Part shown: positions 9,339 to 24,110 of the stretch, in pieces
How positions within the stretch are numbered: position 1 is the first letter of the stretch
Layout of the letters: each line of letters begins with the position of its first letter
The notes under the pieces: model-generated
Told to the model about the DNA's origin: nothing
The model's database searches: none
The model's input: only the letters and a program-made list of their open reading frames with translations
NCBI RefSeq assembly: GCF_048593235.1
Contig: NC_133620.1
Coordinates: 437,253,261 to 437,317,260 of the forward strand
Reading direction: 5' to 3'
DNA length: 64,000 bases
Source of the DNA: Sminthopsis crassicaudata
Lineage: Eukaryota
Position numbers and translations under genes: made by a program

Positions 9339-11419
9339 TTTTTTTTTTTTTTTTTTTTTAATTTTTTTTTTATTATATATATATTTTATAATATTATCCC
9401 TTGTATTCATTTTTCCAAATTGCCCCCCCTCCCTCTATTCCCTCCCCCCGACGACAGGCAATACCATACATTTTACATGTGTTACAATATAATCTAAGTA
9501 CAATACATGTGTGTGAATATCATTTTCTTGTTGCACAATAAACATTAGAATCCGAAGGTACATGCAACCTGGGCAGACAGATATTAGTGCTAACAATTTA
9601 CATTCGCTTCCCAGTGTTCCTTCTCTGGGTATAGTTATTTCTGTCCATCATTGATCAACTGGAAGTGAGTTGGATCTTCTTTATGTTGAAGATTTCCACT
9701 TCCATCAGAATACATCCTCATACAGTATTGTTGTTGAAGTATACAGTGATCTTCTGGTTCTGCTCATTTCACTCAGCATCAGTTGATTTAAGTCTCTCCA
9801 ACCCTCTCTGTATTCCTCCTGCTGGTCATTTCTTACAGAGCAATAATATTCCATAACCTTCATATACCACAATTTACCCAACCATTCTCCAACTGATGGA
9901 CATCCATTCATCTTCCAGTTTCTAGCTACAACAAAAAGAGCTGCCACAAACATTTTGGCACATATATGTTTCTTTCCGCTCTTTAGTATTTCTTTGGGAT
10001 ATAATCCCAGTAGTAGCGCTGCTGGGTCAAAGGGTATGCACAGTTTGATAACTTTTTGGGCATAATTCCAGATTGCTCTCCAGAATGGCTGGATTCTTTC
10101 GCAACTCCACCAGCAATGTATTAGTGTCCCAATTTCCCCACATCCCCTCCAACATTTATCATTATTTGTTCCTGTCATCTTAGCCAATCTGACAGGTGTG
10201 TAGTGGTATCTCAGAGTGGTCTTAATTTGCATTTCTCTGATCAGTAGTGATTTGGAACACTCTTTCATGTGAGTGGATATAGTTTCAATTTCTTCCTCTG
10301 AGAATTGTCTGTTCATATCCTTTGACCATTTATCAATTGGAGAATGGTTCGGTTTCTTATAAATTAGGGTCAGTTCTCTATATATTTTGGAAATGAGACC
10401 TTTGTCAGAACCTTTGTTTTTAAAAATATTTTCCCAATTTGTTACTTCCCTTCTAATCTTGTTTGCATTAGTATTATTTGTACAGAAACTTTTTAGTTTG
10501 ATGTAATCAAAATCTTCTATTTTGTGATCAATAATGATCTCTAGTTCTCCTCTGGTCATAAATTCCTTCCTCCTCCACAAGTCTGAGAGGTAGATTATCC
10601 TCTGTTCCTCTAATCTATTTATTATCTCCCTCTTTATGCCTAAATCATGGACCCATTTTGATCTTATCTTGGTATATGGTGTTAAGTGTGGATCCATATC
10701 TAATTTCTGCCATACTAATTTCCAGTTTTCCCAACAGTTTTTTCCGAATAATGAATTTTTATCCCTAATGTTGGAATCTTTGGGTTTGTCAAAGATTAGA
10801 TTGCTATAGATGTACCCTTTTTTGTCCTTTGTATCTAATCTGTTCCACTGATCTACCGGTCTATTTCGTAGCCAATACCAAATGGTTTTGGTGACTGCTG
10901 CTATATAATATAGCTTTAGATCAGGTACACTTAGACCACCTTCCTCTGAGTTTTTTTTCATTAGTTCCCTTGCAATTCTTGACCTTTTATTCTTCCATAT
11001 GAATTTTGTTGTTATTTTTTCTAGGTCATTAAAATAGTTTCTTGGGAGTCTGATTGGTATAGCACTAAATAAATAGATTAGTTTGGGGAGTATTGTCATC
11101 TTTATTATATTCGCTCGGCCTATCCAAGAGCACTGAATGTCTTTCCAATTATTTAAATCTGATTTTATTTTTGTGGCAAGTGTTTTGTAATTTTTCTCAT
11201 ATAATTCCTGACTTTTCTTTGGTAGATGGATTCCCAAATATTTTATACTCTCAACATTTGTTTGGAATGGAATTTCTCTTTGTATCTCTTGCTGTTGCAT
11301 TTTGTTAGTGATATATAAAAATGCCGAGGATTTATGTGGATTTATTTTGTATCCTGCCACTTTGCTGAAATTTTGAATTATTTCTAGTAGCTTTTTAGCA
11401 GAGTCTTTGGGGTTCTCTA
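9339..11419 (-). mobile_element. Young 5'-truncated L1, sense to SPAG17
   Basis: Pure 21-nt poly(A) tail (T run 9339-9359), 16-bp perfect TSD GGTAGGCAATTCTTTT at 9327-9342 and 11420-11435, CT/AAAA endonuclease-type site, retained CpGs. Confidence 0.97.
9705..11419 (-). CDS. L1 ORF2p C-terminal fragment (RT end, cysteine-rich domain); frame open but start lost by 5' truncation
   Basis: 551 aa without stop in the ORF track: GYKINPHKS, KYLGI, LPKLIYLFSAIP, GGLSVPDLKLYY, CWRGCGEIGTLIHCWWSC zinc knuckle. Confidence 0.92.
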
Positions 11420-13729
11420 GGTAGGCAATTCTTTTAGACCTCCCTAATTAATTCACTATCCCACTCACCATAAGTAGCTCTAATAAACTTTTTCATGACT
11501 CCCAGGAAACTACCCATGGATCCTTCTCCAACTATCTTCCCCATTGAGAAAATCATATTATACTGAAAAAAAAACTCATGTTTTGCTGAAAAAATTGAGG
11601 GTGTTCACAAAAAGCTTTCTCTCTCTTTTTGTTTTAAGTAACCCAGATGATTTGCTCAGCCACTACTGGGTTCTAGTGCCCCACAAATTACTTTTTGTAT
11701 TTATAAATTTACTTAAGTATTTTTTCCTGCAATATAGTAAATTCTGTGAAGACAGGGATTATTTCATTTTGTCTTTGTATCTCTCTCATCTACTTATTGT
11801 CCTAGTACATAGTTGTCTTTTAATAAATGCTTGTGGATAGATTGAAAAAGAAAACATTTCCTAATAAATAGAACTATAAAAAAATGGAAACAGCTACCTT
11901 GGCCTCTGAGGTCAGTTTGGAGCTGCTGTAATCCCACCCAATATCTTTTCATCTTTTCCCTTTCCTTGGTTGGTATCAATTTTGATATTGATGTGTTTAA
12001 TTAGTTGATGATCTACCTAAACATGGACAGCTGATTCTTGAATGACTTATATGTTAATAAGTAGTAATTTTCTGAATATTGAAAATAGTCAATTTCAATT
12101 TTAGAAAATTTATTTGAATTGCCTGGTTCTTCCAACTCCTTTAATGGAGAAAACATTGTTATATAATCAGGAGGTTTCTGAGTAAACTTTTGGTCTTTGA
12201 CATTTCATGAGCATGAACATTTTTTGGCCATTGTCATCCTGCATCTTCTGTCTCATTAAAGTCAGAGCATGAAGGCTAATGTTGACTTAAAAATCTTGTC
12301 CAATTCTTCAAATAATGTCTTTGCCTCCTTCTTTTACAACAGATTTTGGCATATAATGTGTAATTTTCTTTACGTGGGATGCAAGATGAAACTAACTCTT
12401 GCTTACTCTTGAAGGAGAACTTGTGAGCCATATTTCCATTTAACTGTAGCTTCTTTCTTCTGGTTTTATTTAAAGCAAGAATGTCAATGATTAAATGCCT
12501 CTTATATCATATTCACTCATTAAATAGCTAAAATTTTTACATTTTAAGGACCAGAAGTTAAATAAACATTTAGAGACATTTAAAATTGGCATAATTTTTT
12601 AGTACATTTTAACACAAAACTAGACTTTGTTTTTGATGACTGTCACTGCAAAAATAGGAGACTCCCCATTGGATAGAGTGTGTTTTATATTTGGTTTTGC
12701 TTGATAGGTTTCACAGAGTGCCAAAAAAAATTCATCAGCAAGTAACCAATTAGTTGATGATGGTCCCTTTTTATTCTAAGGCAAGTTTTCACATAATGGA
12801 GCTACTTTCTGTTGCTTAGTGGAACCCGTCTATTTGTTTAGTCTGATAGACCACAGGCTCATGCCTGAAACTATATGGTTAGGCCTTATCAGAGATTTTT
12901 CCTCCTCCTTCAGGAAGCCAACTTAGCCTTGGGACAAATTTTACTGAATCCTTGACACTTCACCCAACAAACATGATTTAATTTTGGGAGCCTGGGACAT
13001 TATAGAGCTGAGAGAGGAAGATAAAAATGGATGTTACCCTTTACAGAAGTCAATATGAATCGGGTTAATGTCTAATTCATACTTGATTTGTGTTTTCTAG
13101 TCTTAGATACCTCACTAGAATGTGACTTTCTTGAAAATATTTTCAGCTGTGCAAATTTGTGTAAATCACTTAAATTATCTGAGCCATAATTTCCTCAACC
13201 ATAAAACTGGAATATTGTGAAGCTTGAAATAGCACTGGTCAGTGAAAAGAATGCTGGATTAAGGAACTAGCTTCATCATTTACTACCTGGGCAACTTTCA
13301 GAAAATAATTTCCCATTTCTGGATCTCAATTTCTCCATTTGTAAAATAAAGACTAGATCATTTCCAAGGTCTCTTACAGCTATAAGTGGTGCATGTACCT
13401 ATTTAAGCATGTTTTCTCCACCATTAGAATACAAGCGCCTTTAGAGTAGGAATGTTTTAAAAATGTTTTCTTTGTATTCCCAGTGCTTAGTCTAGTGTCT
13501 AATACAGGGTAATTTCTTAATACTTATTGATTTATTTATAAAACTACATAATTTGTCCATCCATCTCTCTTTCTATCTATTTATCTATCTATAGCTAATA
13601 AGGATATCAACAACAATGGTCTATATTTTTGCTAGAAACATATATGGAAAATATGTGCTAGAAATATATATGAAAAGAGAGCCTGAAAAGAACATTTGGA
13701 AGGCAAAGGATCATTGGGAACTTCACTCA

Positions 13730-14119
<390 letters not shown>

Positions 14120-14444
14120 TCAGGACTTGCCATTTGTTTCCTGCCAAGGCTACTTTGTTCTGTGTTGGAAACAATGTTTAATATGTTTAAGCAAATAAAG
14201 GAACTTGAGCTCAGTCAAATTTGTTTTTGAATTGAACACGGATCCTAAGATGAAAACATCTGTTTGTTAGTTCATCATTGATGTCTAGTAAATGAGGACA
14301 AGGAAAGTATGACCACTTTTACAGGTCAGGAGAGCTGATGTCAAGGCCCAGTTTAGCCTTTTACTAGCTGTGTGACTGAGAGCAAGTGACCATTTCTCTG
14401 ATCCTTGATTTTATTATCTGCACAATAAAGGAGGTAGATGAATT

Positions 14445-14649
14445 CAGAGCTTCTTAAACATTTTTCATTCTCAACTGCTTTTCATCCCAAAATTTTTGTA
14501 TGACCTTGAATAGAGAGGTACATAATATACATATATATATATACACAAATCAAACATTTATTTATAATAAATCATAATTTTATGCCCCCCCCTTCATTCA
14601 GTTATGAGACTTCATATTGGGGTCATGATCTATGGTTTAAGAAGCTGGG
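14445..14649 (+). mobile_element. Non-autonomous DNA transposon (hAT/Charlie-like MITE), copy 1
   Basis: Terminal inverted repeat AGCTTCTTAAAC..GTTTAAGAAGCT; internal similarity to 31107-31310; TSD not recognisable. Confidence 0.7.
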
Positions 14650-15675
14650 AACTAGATAATCTTGACAATTCCTTATAGCTTTAGCAACCTATGGGTCTAA
14701 ATGAAAATTTAGGAAAGAAAATTAAATCAAATAAGAGGATTTGGTTTTTTGGCTACTGACCAGAGGAATAATGGACTTTGATAGTGAATGATATGGTTCT
14801 TTAGCAGACCTGAAAGAATACATTTGCTTGGAGGCTTGCTAAACTGATCAAGAAAACTAGATTGAGAATGAAGCACACAGAGAGAAAAGTACCCAAATAC
14901 AATGACTAAGCGAGATAGCATATGAAGAGTAAGACAAAAGAACAATGGAATTTCCCAGTAATTCACAGGACACAATGGTATGAGAAGAAGAGGCAGATAT
15001 AACAATCATGATCCTTGATATCTATGTACCATAAATGATAAGCGTATGGAAATATTATTAAAGCAAACTTGAGATTTAAATAGTGGTGACAAAGATGGAA
15101 AGAACCCTGGATTGAGAGACAGAAGGCATAGGTCTGCCTGCATGACTCTGGGCAGTTCACTTGAAACTCCTTTTACCCCAGTTGATCTCTAAGGTTCCTT
15201 TCAGCTTTAAACACTATGACCCCCTAGATATTGCTGAGATTGTGCTTTATGTGAGTAGGGGATTATTTCATAAATTGTATTCGTATCTCCATCACCTTTC
15301 ACAATACCTGGTACAGAAGATGCACTTTATAAGTATTTGTCGATTGATTATCATATAGGGTATTGGCAATGGCAAAGTACAAAAACCTTTTTCCAAAGGA
15401 ATATTTTGGAGCAAAGGGGTGACAGAGAAGCATAATGCTTCAGGTAGATTTGCACCATTGTATAAGGATCAAAGAAAGGAAACTCAGTATGGAAGTGCAA
15501 GTGAGCACCATGGAGCGATATATAATATAAACTGGCATGTGGTTTACTGGAAATTATGATTATAGGTTAATTGTGATCATAGCAGTAAATATAATTATGC
15601 TGATGTGTTCATCTGAGAATTGGAGCTAGTTAAAATCTGATGATGCTCTGATGAAGCAGAACTTCAAGATAACTA

Positions 15676-15903
<228 letters not shown>

Positions 15904-16217
15904 CTAGATTGCCTAATAGGAAAACTCAAGCATGCATATTATGATGATGATGATTGTAGTAAAATCAAGTCTTTTAATGGTTGTAAATTATAAGCAAGTT
16001 AATGGATAATTTTTGTTCACAGGACTTTGAGGGAAGTTTGGAAAGAAGTTTAATTTTCTTTGTTTTAGATGGATAGGTTATCTAAGCAGTGAAGCTTCTG
16101 GTCCACACAAAATCAGATGGAAAAAGAGAAAAAAATTATATGATGGTCTGCCTAAACACAGATTTTTAGAGTTAGAAGAGATCTCAGTGATTTTCTAGTC
16201 CAACCACATAATCAGTC

Positions 16218-16620
16218 CAAAAACATTAATAAGTGCCTACTATGTGATAGGCATTGTACTAACTGCTGGGGATTCAAAGAAAGGCAGAAAACAGTCCTTC
16301 TGCAGGAGCTCATAGTTTAATGGGGAAAATAACAGGCAAATAACAAACAAACAAGCTATACACACACATACATGCATGCCTCTGTGTGTGTGTGTGTGTG
16401 TGTGTGGGTGTGTGTGTGTGTGTGGGTGTGTGTGTGTGTGTGATAAGTTGGAAATAATAGAAGAAAAGAACTACAATTAAGGGAGATTGGGATAACTTCC
16501 TATAAAATGTAGACATTTTAACTGAGACTTTTCTGGGATATAGGGAATCCAGTAGGCAAAAATGGGGAAGAGCATTCTAGGAATTGGGGATAGCTGGTGA
16601 AAATGGGTGAGATGCTTAGA
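16218..16620 (-). mobile_element. L2 3' relic containing a (TG)n microsatellite (16383-16442)
   Basis: cattaataagtgcctactatgtgataggcattgtactaactgctggggat is a typical L2 3' end on the opposite strand. Confidence 0.65.
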
Positions 16621-16737
16621 TGCCAAATGTAGTCTTGTTATCAGTGCACTGTATATCTCACTTGAGAGTTTTCTGTCTTTTATAATAACTTTGGCGATTT
16701 ACTACCATACCCCCTATTAGCTCATTTTTGGAGCCAC

Positions 16738-16762
16738 TTTTTTTTTTTTTTTTTTTTTTTTT
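16738..16762 (+). repeat. (T)25 homopolymer
   Basis: Direct observation. Confidence 0.95.
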
Positions 16763-17299
16763 GGCATGGATGAGGATGATTGAAATTCTTCTTCCCTGAT
16801 AGAGATCAGCTCTATGTCCATACCTCATAATCTTAAATTATTTTCCTGGGGTCAGGGAGTGTTTAGGCTTCTGGTTTTTATGATGTTCTGTTATATTGTG
16901 TTGGCATAGAGATCTATTTCTGAAGAAATTAGAGTATGAGTTGGAGGGAGGCTTTATAATCTATTGTAGGGAAGGATAGCCCTGAGGAATCTGATTACTT
17001 AGGGGATTTTGTGTTTCTCTATTTGTGAATTCCAGTGTTGAATGTATATGTCATTGAGGGGGGAAAGTTGTTTTTGAAGAAAAAAAGTCTCACACATTGG
17101 GTGATATATAACTTCTGATATGAGTTTCTGGTCTTAGGTAATGAATAAACTGAAAAGTTAGTTAAGAATGATTTTGATATATATATGTATATATATGTCT
17201 TATTATTAGTTAAAATTAAATATATTTAAATATATGTATTTATTATAATGTCCCAAATTAAATGTATTATATATATATATTTATTATAATGTCCCAAGA

Positions 17300-17665
17300 G
17301 AATGTCCTTGGTTCCCTTCTTTTCTCCCCTCTATATCATAATACTTGGTGGTCTCAGTAGCCCCCATGGATTCAATTACAATCTTTATAACAAGATTCTT
17401 AGATGTATTTGCCCAGGCTTAAGATCTTTCCTGTCCATCAGTCTCTTGTTTCCCCAACTGCTTTGCCTTGCAATTGGTTTTGAGGAAATCTGAGTTTGAA
17501 TTTGACTTCAGATACTTATTGTGTGATCATAGGCAAGTCATTTGACCTACATCTGCCTCAATTTCTTCATCTGTAAAATGAGGATAATAATAGCATCTGT
17601 CTCCCAGGGGTGTTATGTAAGTCAAATGAGGTATTTATAAAGAGTTGTGCAAATGCTATTGATAG

Positions 17666-17715
<50 letters not shown>

Positions 17716-18450
17716 CCATCAATCTATCCATCATTTTCCCAAACTGGAAGTCCTGTAGATATCTTAAACTCAACATGTCTAAAATGGAACTCATTATCTT
17801 TCCCTTACAACTTTTCCCATAATCCTAATTTCCTTGCTATTGTTACTTCCTCCTAGTTACCGGGATTACAACCTGAGTCATTCACTACTCATTCCACATA
17901 TCCAATCTAACATGAAGTCTTGTCATTTCTCCCTTTGAAAGATCTCTCACATATAATCTATTCTCTTTTCTGATACAGTTATCACTCTGGTTCAGGCCTT
18001 TATCATCTTATACCTGGACTATTGAAATAGTGGTCGGTCTGCCCCACCAAGTCTCTCAATGCTCTAGTCCATCCTTCAGTCAACTGTCAAAGTAATCTTC
18101 CTGAAGTGCAGGTCTGACCCCATTCAATCAACTCTAGTAGTTTCCTGTCACTTCTAAGTACAAGCATAAAATCCTCTTTTTGGCTTCTAAAGTCCTTCAT
18201 AATCTCATCCTTTCCTACCTTTTTAGCTTTTTTTTTACACTTTTCTCTTTTTACACTGATTTTTTTTTTAGTTATTCTTTTTGCCCAAGACTATGAATAA
18301 CTCTTGAATTTGTGTTTTCACTGACTGGTTTCCATTCTTATAATGCTCTCTGTCTCCACCTTCTGGCCTCTCTGGCTTCCTTCAAGATTCAGCTGAAATC
18401 CTGTTTTCTATTCTCTCTTCTGGTTAAGTCTTTTGTCGAAAATTACCTCC
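17300..18450 (+). mobile_element. L2 relic interrupted by a MIR (about 17480-17665) and a (CAT)n array
   Basis: cttaaactcaacatgtctaaaatggaactcattatctttccc and related L2 motifs. Confidence 0.7.
17666..17713 (+). repeat. (CAT)16 trinucleotide microsatellite
   Basis: Direct observation. Confidence 0.95.
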
Positions 18451-18468
18451 AGTTTACAGTGTATATAT

Positions 18469-18472
<4 letters not shown>

Positions 18473-18532
<60 letters not shown>
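18473..18532 (+). repeat. (TG)n microsatellite, about 30 units
   Basis: Direct observation. Confidence 0.95.
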
Positions 18533-18535
<3 letters not shown>

Positions 18536-18638
18536 TTATCTTTGCCATTCCCCTGTTGGAGACAGGAGAGAGCTGGAAATGAACACCCATGGAGTTCTAA
18601 CAAGTTTGGAGACTTCATAGAAGAATTTAAAGCAATCA

Positions 18639-18917
<279 letters not shown>

Positions 18918-19589
18918 TCATCCTACTGATAATAATAACAATAGAACTTACATAGAACATTAATATTTATGAATACTTTACAAACATTATCTCATTTTAT
19001 CATTATAACATCTTGATAGTTGGTGATATTAATTCAACAATTGACTTGAGAGAAGCTCAGATTATTACATAGAACTAGTAGAACTCAGTGGGTAGATGAA
19101 ATAAATGTTTTTTTCTAAAACCCTTTGTGAAATACAAACAACAAATCACAAAAATACAATAATGGCCAGGTGAATGGTCCAACATTTCCTCCCCAAAAAT
19201 TATTTTTGAGGTGACTTCTTAGTATCTCTATTAAAGCAAGAACTTGCCAAGATTAATGTTGCAATCAGTATTTGCTAATATTTGTCTAGGGGTGGTGAGA
19301 AAAATTCAGGACCACAATTTTCTTAGAGCAAAATTTCCATGGAGGGGAATATACAGCATTTCTTTATCTCAACAATAACAACCACAAACCTATATTAGGG
19401 TATATTTTGCAGGTTAAAAAGCAGCTGTGATTGGTTTAGGACATTGGTGAAGAAATACCTCAAAATAAAGATATTAGTAAAACCCTGATTTATATTTTCC
19501 ATTTCATGGAGTGAGGACCAAAGATGATTCTACTTTAATTTTCCTAAAATTCTACTCATTGATCAATTCCCTGCTTTTCCATAAATACT

Positions 19590-19735
19590 GTCTTGATCTT
19601 TGTCTCACTGCTGGACTTCAAAGGCTCTGGAGGAGAGAGTGAATTTGTGCAGCTCTGCCCTATTCATAGGCAATTTATGTGCAAGTCTGGACAGCATCCT
19701 GATGGATATCAGTAGTCTTCTTTGAGAATGAAAGA
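19590..19735 (+). mobile_element. Mar1-type marsupial SINE fragment
   Basis: ctctggaggagagagtga..gcagctctgcc..gcaagtc..cttctttgagaatgaa, matching recalled Mar1 3' half. Confidence 0.65.
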
Positions 19736-20329
19736 GTATCACCATCATCACTATCATCATCTGCAACAGCAACAACTCCTATATATCTCTCAGCCTAGTT
19801 CTCCAATCCTGTTGACCTATTTTTATATCCTAGATATTTCCTTCAAAAGGTCACCTATATCCAGATCATTCCTCCTTCACGCCCCATTCCAGGCCTCTAT
19901 ACCAGTCTACTATGGAGAATGAATGTTTCATTTAGAATAAGAAAAAAAATTACTGGTTTCTGGCATTTCGTGTCCATGTAATTATGGCCAAATAGCTTTA
20001 CTTCTTTTTGTCTCAGTTTCTTTATCTTAAAAATGAGGATAATATGCTTCATAAAATGATTATAGGAAAACAGTTTATAAATTGTAAAGTGTACTCCACC
20101 TACATGTAAGGAAAAGGATTAATAATAATAGTAATTATTAATTAATTATCATTATTATTTTAGTATTATTAATATCACGATGCATCTTCTCAAATTCCAA
20201 CTACCCTCTAAATTAACTCATTTAATATTAAAATTCTCCCACAAATGCTTCTTTTGTAGCTTTGTATTTCTAGTGTCTCGTACATAGTAAATGTCTAACA
20301 AATGATTGTTGATTGATTACTTACAAGAA

Positions 20330-22420
20330 CACAGATTTTTGGGGTTAGAAGCTATTTAGTACAACTCATATTGAAAAGGAATCACTACCTTTGAATTGAA
20401 TCATTAAGATATTTTTCTTTATGTCACTGACAATTTGTCCTCTGTGCAATTCCATTCCTTGTTCATTCTTAGACAAACAGAATAAACCTAGTATTTCTTC
20501 CACATGACAGACCTTTGTATACTTGAGACAGCTATCATGTACCCCATAATGCTTCTTTTCTCTGAGTTAAACAGAACCAGTTGTTTCAACTCATTCTTAC
20601 ATAGCCTTTATTTAAGGCCCTTGTCTACTTTTGTTGCTCTTCCCTAGACACTTACTCATTTATTAATGTCTCTTTAAAATAATGGTACTCAGGGGCAGCT
20701 AGGTGGTGCAGTGGATAGGGCAACAGCTCTGAAGTCTGGAAGTACTAAATCCAATCTGATCTCAGACACTTAATCCTTCTTAGCTGTTTGAGACCCTGGG
20801 GCAAGTCACTTAACCCCAATTGCCCCAGCAAAACAAACATATAAATAAAAAATGGTACTCTGAAATGAAAGTAATACACACGTCCAGGTCTGTTGAGGGC
20901 AGAATGCAGTTGGACTATCACCTGTTTTGGAAAGCATTGTTTTCTTAATTTAGCCCAAGAACTAATTAACTTTTTTGACTGTTTCTTTGCATTGTTGACT
21001 CATGTTGAATTTGCAGACCACTAGAATCCTCAGATTTTTTTTTTTTTTCAGAAAAACTGTTTAACTATACCTCTTCAAATATTGAGGAATATTTGTGGAA
21101 TTTTTTTTTAATACATAAGAGTACAACTGTACATTCATCCCTATTAAATCTCATCTTCTTAGGTTCAGTCCAATGATCCAGTTTGTAATTATGGCTTCCC
21201 TTCCTTGATGTTTGCCATCATCCCATTAAGAATACATTTTGAGAATTTTCCCAAGAATTTGAATCAGGTTCCTAGTCCTGTACTTTGTAGACTGAAACTA
21301 TCTCTTTTCTTTAAATCATCACATTTGTTCTTCTCAATCTTGTGATACATACATTCTCCTGATTTTTATTTTTTATAAATCACTGCTAATGACTCATCAG
21401 TCACACCTGCCCCTCTACCCTCAGAACTGAAATATGGACTTAATCTGGGTGACTTGTATTTATTAATAGTAGCAAAGTAGTCTTTTACAATCTCGTTTTT
21501 CTGTCTAAAAACTCATTGCTAGTCATTTTTGTTCTGTCATTTCCAGGGTAAAACACATTCTTGTTGAGAAAACAGATGAAATAATAATTAAACAACTTTA
21601 CTTTGTCTTTGTTGTCAGTTATCTTTGATACAGCCACGGATGACAAACTTTTGATTCTCATTTTTTCTTTTAAACTAGCTTTTTCAAAAATCCATTTTGT
21701 TGTCCCCAGCTTTTCTCCCTGCTCTTTCAAACTCATTTTGAATTAGTGTCACCATTGTTAATTTTATAGGAACAAGGCTCTGCTTTCTCTCATCTTCTGT
21801 TAGCTGACCTGTCCACCTTCACCTCTGTCTTTCAAAAATCTAATTTTGTTGGTGTTCTCTACACATAGACTTTGGTTTCTTCAGACAAGATCCATTTCCC
21901 CTCTTTATTGGCATTTTTTCCATTCAAGATTTCATTCTTTGGAATTCTTTCATCCCTCCTATGATAACTTCCCCCAAAGTTTCTTTGTCCATAGGATACT
22001 AACTAACCTTTCTCTTAACCTGATGAAATGTTTTCTCCAAGTGTAGCATATAGATCAGACTACTCAGGTTTCCTTTTCTCATTCATAAACTCTAGAATGG
22101 AGTGGTCATTTTATCCAAGGTTCTACCAGCAACCAATTCGTCCCTGATAATTAGAATAAGATCCTAAACAAAATCTCACTTTGTTGATTCCTTTGCCTTT
22201 AGAAAGATAAAGTTATTACTGAATTAAATCAGGAAGTAATTAATTTCTCTGCTTTTGGCACAAACATCTCAAATGTCTGGATAATTGAAGTCCATGTAAC
22301 AGCTATATTAGGTCTCGGTAGGTCCTCATTTTCTCTTTTTAACCCTGGGGTCTATAGTATACATCTATGATACATCACTGCCTCCTCCTCTCCTTTTTTC
22401 CTATCCTGTTTCTTATAACT
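20330..22420 (-). mobile_element. CR1/L3 LINE relic (several pieces), split by a young SINE
   Basis: gacagctatcatgtacccc..cttttctctgag..tagacacttactc..aatggtactc..aatacac..ccaggtctg..agggcagaat CR1 3' motifs; boundaries approximate. Confidence 0.65.
20691..20850 (+). mobile_element. tRNA-derived WSINE1-like SINE
   Basis: ggggcagctaggtggtgcagtggatag..caagtcacttaaccccaattgcc + A-rich tail; 10-bp TSD AATGGTACTC at 20681-20690 and 20851-20860. Confidence 0.9.
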
Positions 22421-23303
22421 AAGATAAACCCATCCAGACCTTAGACTTATGAGGTCAAATTAAATGACTCTAGAAAGTTGAGGTATCTTAGATAAAATAT
22501 GCAAAATATAGACAATGAAGACTACTGAGGTAAAATTATATGTCCTAAATAATATCTGCCAAGTTTCTTGGCAGAGCCAGGACAATCACCCACATTTCTT
22601 GATTCTTGGTCTACTGTTCTTTCTAGCAGCAGTTCAGTGGAGGAGACCAATCAAAGATATCTAACACTTCTTAGGATTACTACTATGCTGCATTTCCTCG
22701 ACCTGAAAATATCTCCAATAAATCTGCTCAAATATCATTGGTTATAAAACTGGGAGAGTCAGTTTTTAGAATAATCAATCAAGGAATATTTATTATGTGC
22801 CTTCTATGTCTCAGATATGATGCTAAATACCTGGAATTCAAAGACAAGAATGAAACAATTCTTGCTATCATGGAGTCTGTATTCTATTGGAAATTAATTG
22901 AAAAATCCTCTGAACAATTTTGGAATTGATTGCATGACATAAGAGATGCTGCATGATACAAGAGATGTTGGCAAAGACTGCCCAGCATGGCAGTCATATT
23001 AAAGAGAGTGTGCTCTTTGAGCAAAGCAGAATTGGATGTGCAAAATTAGAGAATCCACCCTAAATGTTCACATGGACTATTTGTGCCTGACCTTCCAAGC
23101 TTGTGTTGGTCTGATCAGCCACAGTTGAACTCATTGTAACTTGACTCTAAAATAATGATTATTCTTCGAGAATAAAGGACAATAACCAACTAAGAGACAA
23201 TTCACTTGATCTTTTGCTAAATTATTTAGACCTAGATTAATCATTTATGCTTGAAATAGATGCCTCTGATAGAGAAGTATGAGATATCCTAATTCAAATC
23301 ATC

Positions 23304-23456
23304 NNNNNNNNNNNNNNNNNNNNNNNNNNNNNNNNNNNNNNNNNNNNNNNNNNNNNNNNNNNNNNNNNNNNNNNNNNNNNNNNNNNNNNNNNNNNNNNNN
23401 NNNNNNNNNNNNNNNNNNNNNNNNNNNNNNNNNNNNNNNNNNNNNNNNNNNNNNNN
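23304..23456. other. Assembly gap (153 N)
   Basis: N run. Confidence 1.
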
Positions 23457-23609
23457 AGATAGCTTACTTTTTGCATTTATCACATTCTATGTTTTATTAT
23501 GTTTATTTCTATACCTATCTTACCACCATTTTAAATTGTAAACCCTGTGAAGTCAAAGGTCATTTATTTTTGCATCTATTTTAATGCCTAGCACACTTCT
23601 TTTCAAATA

Positions 23610-24110
23610 AAGCTTTTTCCTTTTAAAAAATTAAAGTTTTTAATAGATTTTTTTGATTTTCACATTACCTTCTTTAACTTTATTGAATCCATCTACTCAA
23701 TCTCCTACCTAGAGTAGGCAATGCCTCCTACTGAAGAATAATAAGAATGTTTTTTAAAAAAGGGGAAAATGTGTGCAGCAAAACCATCCAAAGTATTAAT
23801 CTAGTCTGGTTGTATATGTCATATTCCATATCCGAGGTCTCCTATTTTTGCAAAGAAGTCATTTTATCAAATCAAAATGCATTCAAAGGTCATTTACTCT
23901 TTGATATAAGCTTTATAGTATTCAATTGTATTATTGTTATTGTTCTTTTCCAGTTATATCTGTGTAGTTACTATGCATATTATTTTCCTTTGCATTTTAT
24001 CAGTTCCAATAAATTTTCTTGTGCTTCTCTGAATTCTTTTTATCATTTCTCATGCCATAGTTTATTTAGATATTTTCCAACCAATAAAAAGTTCTTTTTT
24101 TCTTGTATAC
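23610..24110 (-). mobile_element. Old L1 3' UTR relic
   Basis: Degenerate similarity to the other L1 3' ends in this window; boundaries approximate. Confidence 0.55.

Noticed and set aside
12809-12826. RFX X-box-like GTTGCTTAGTGGAAC in a ciliary gene
   Set aside because: Poor match in the right half-site and far from any known start site; expected by chance.
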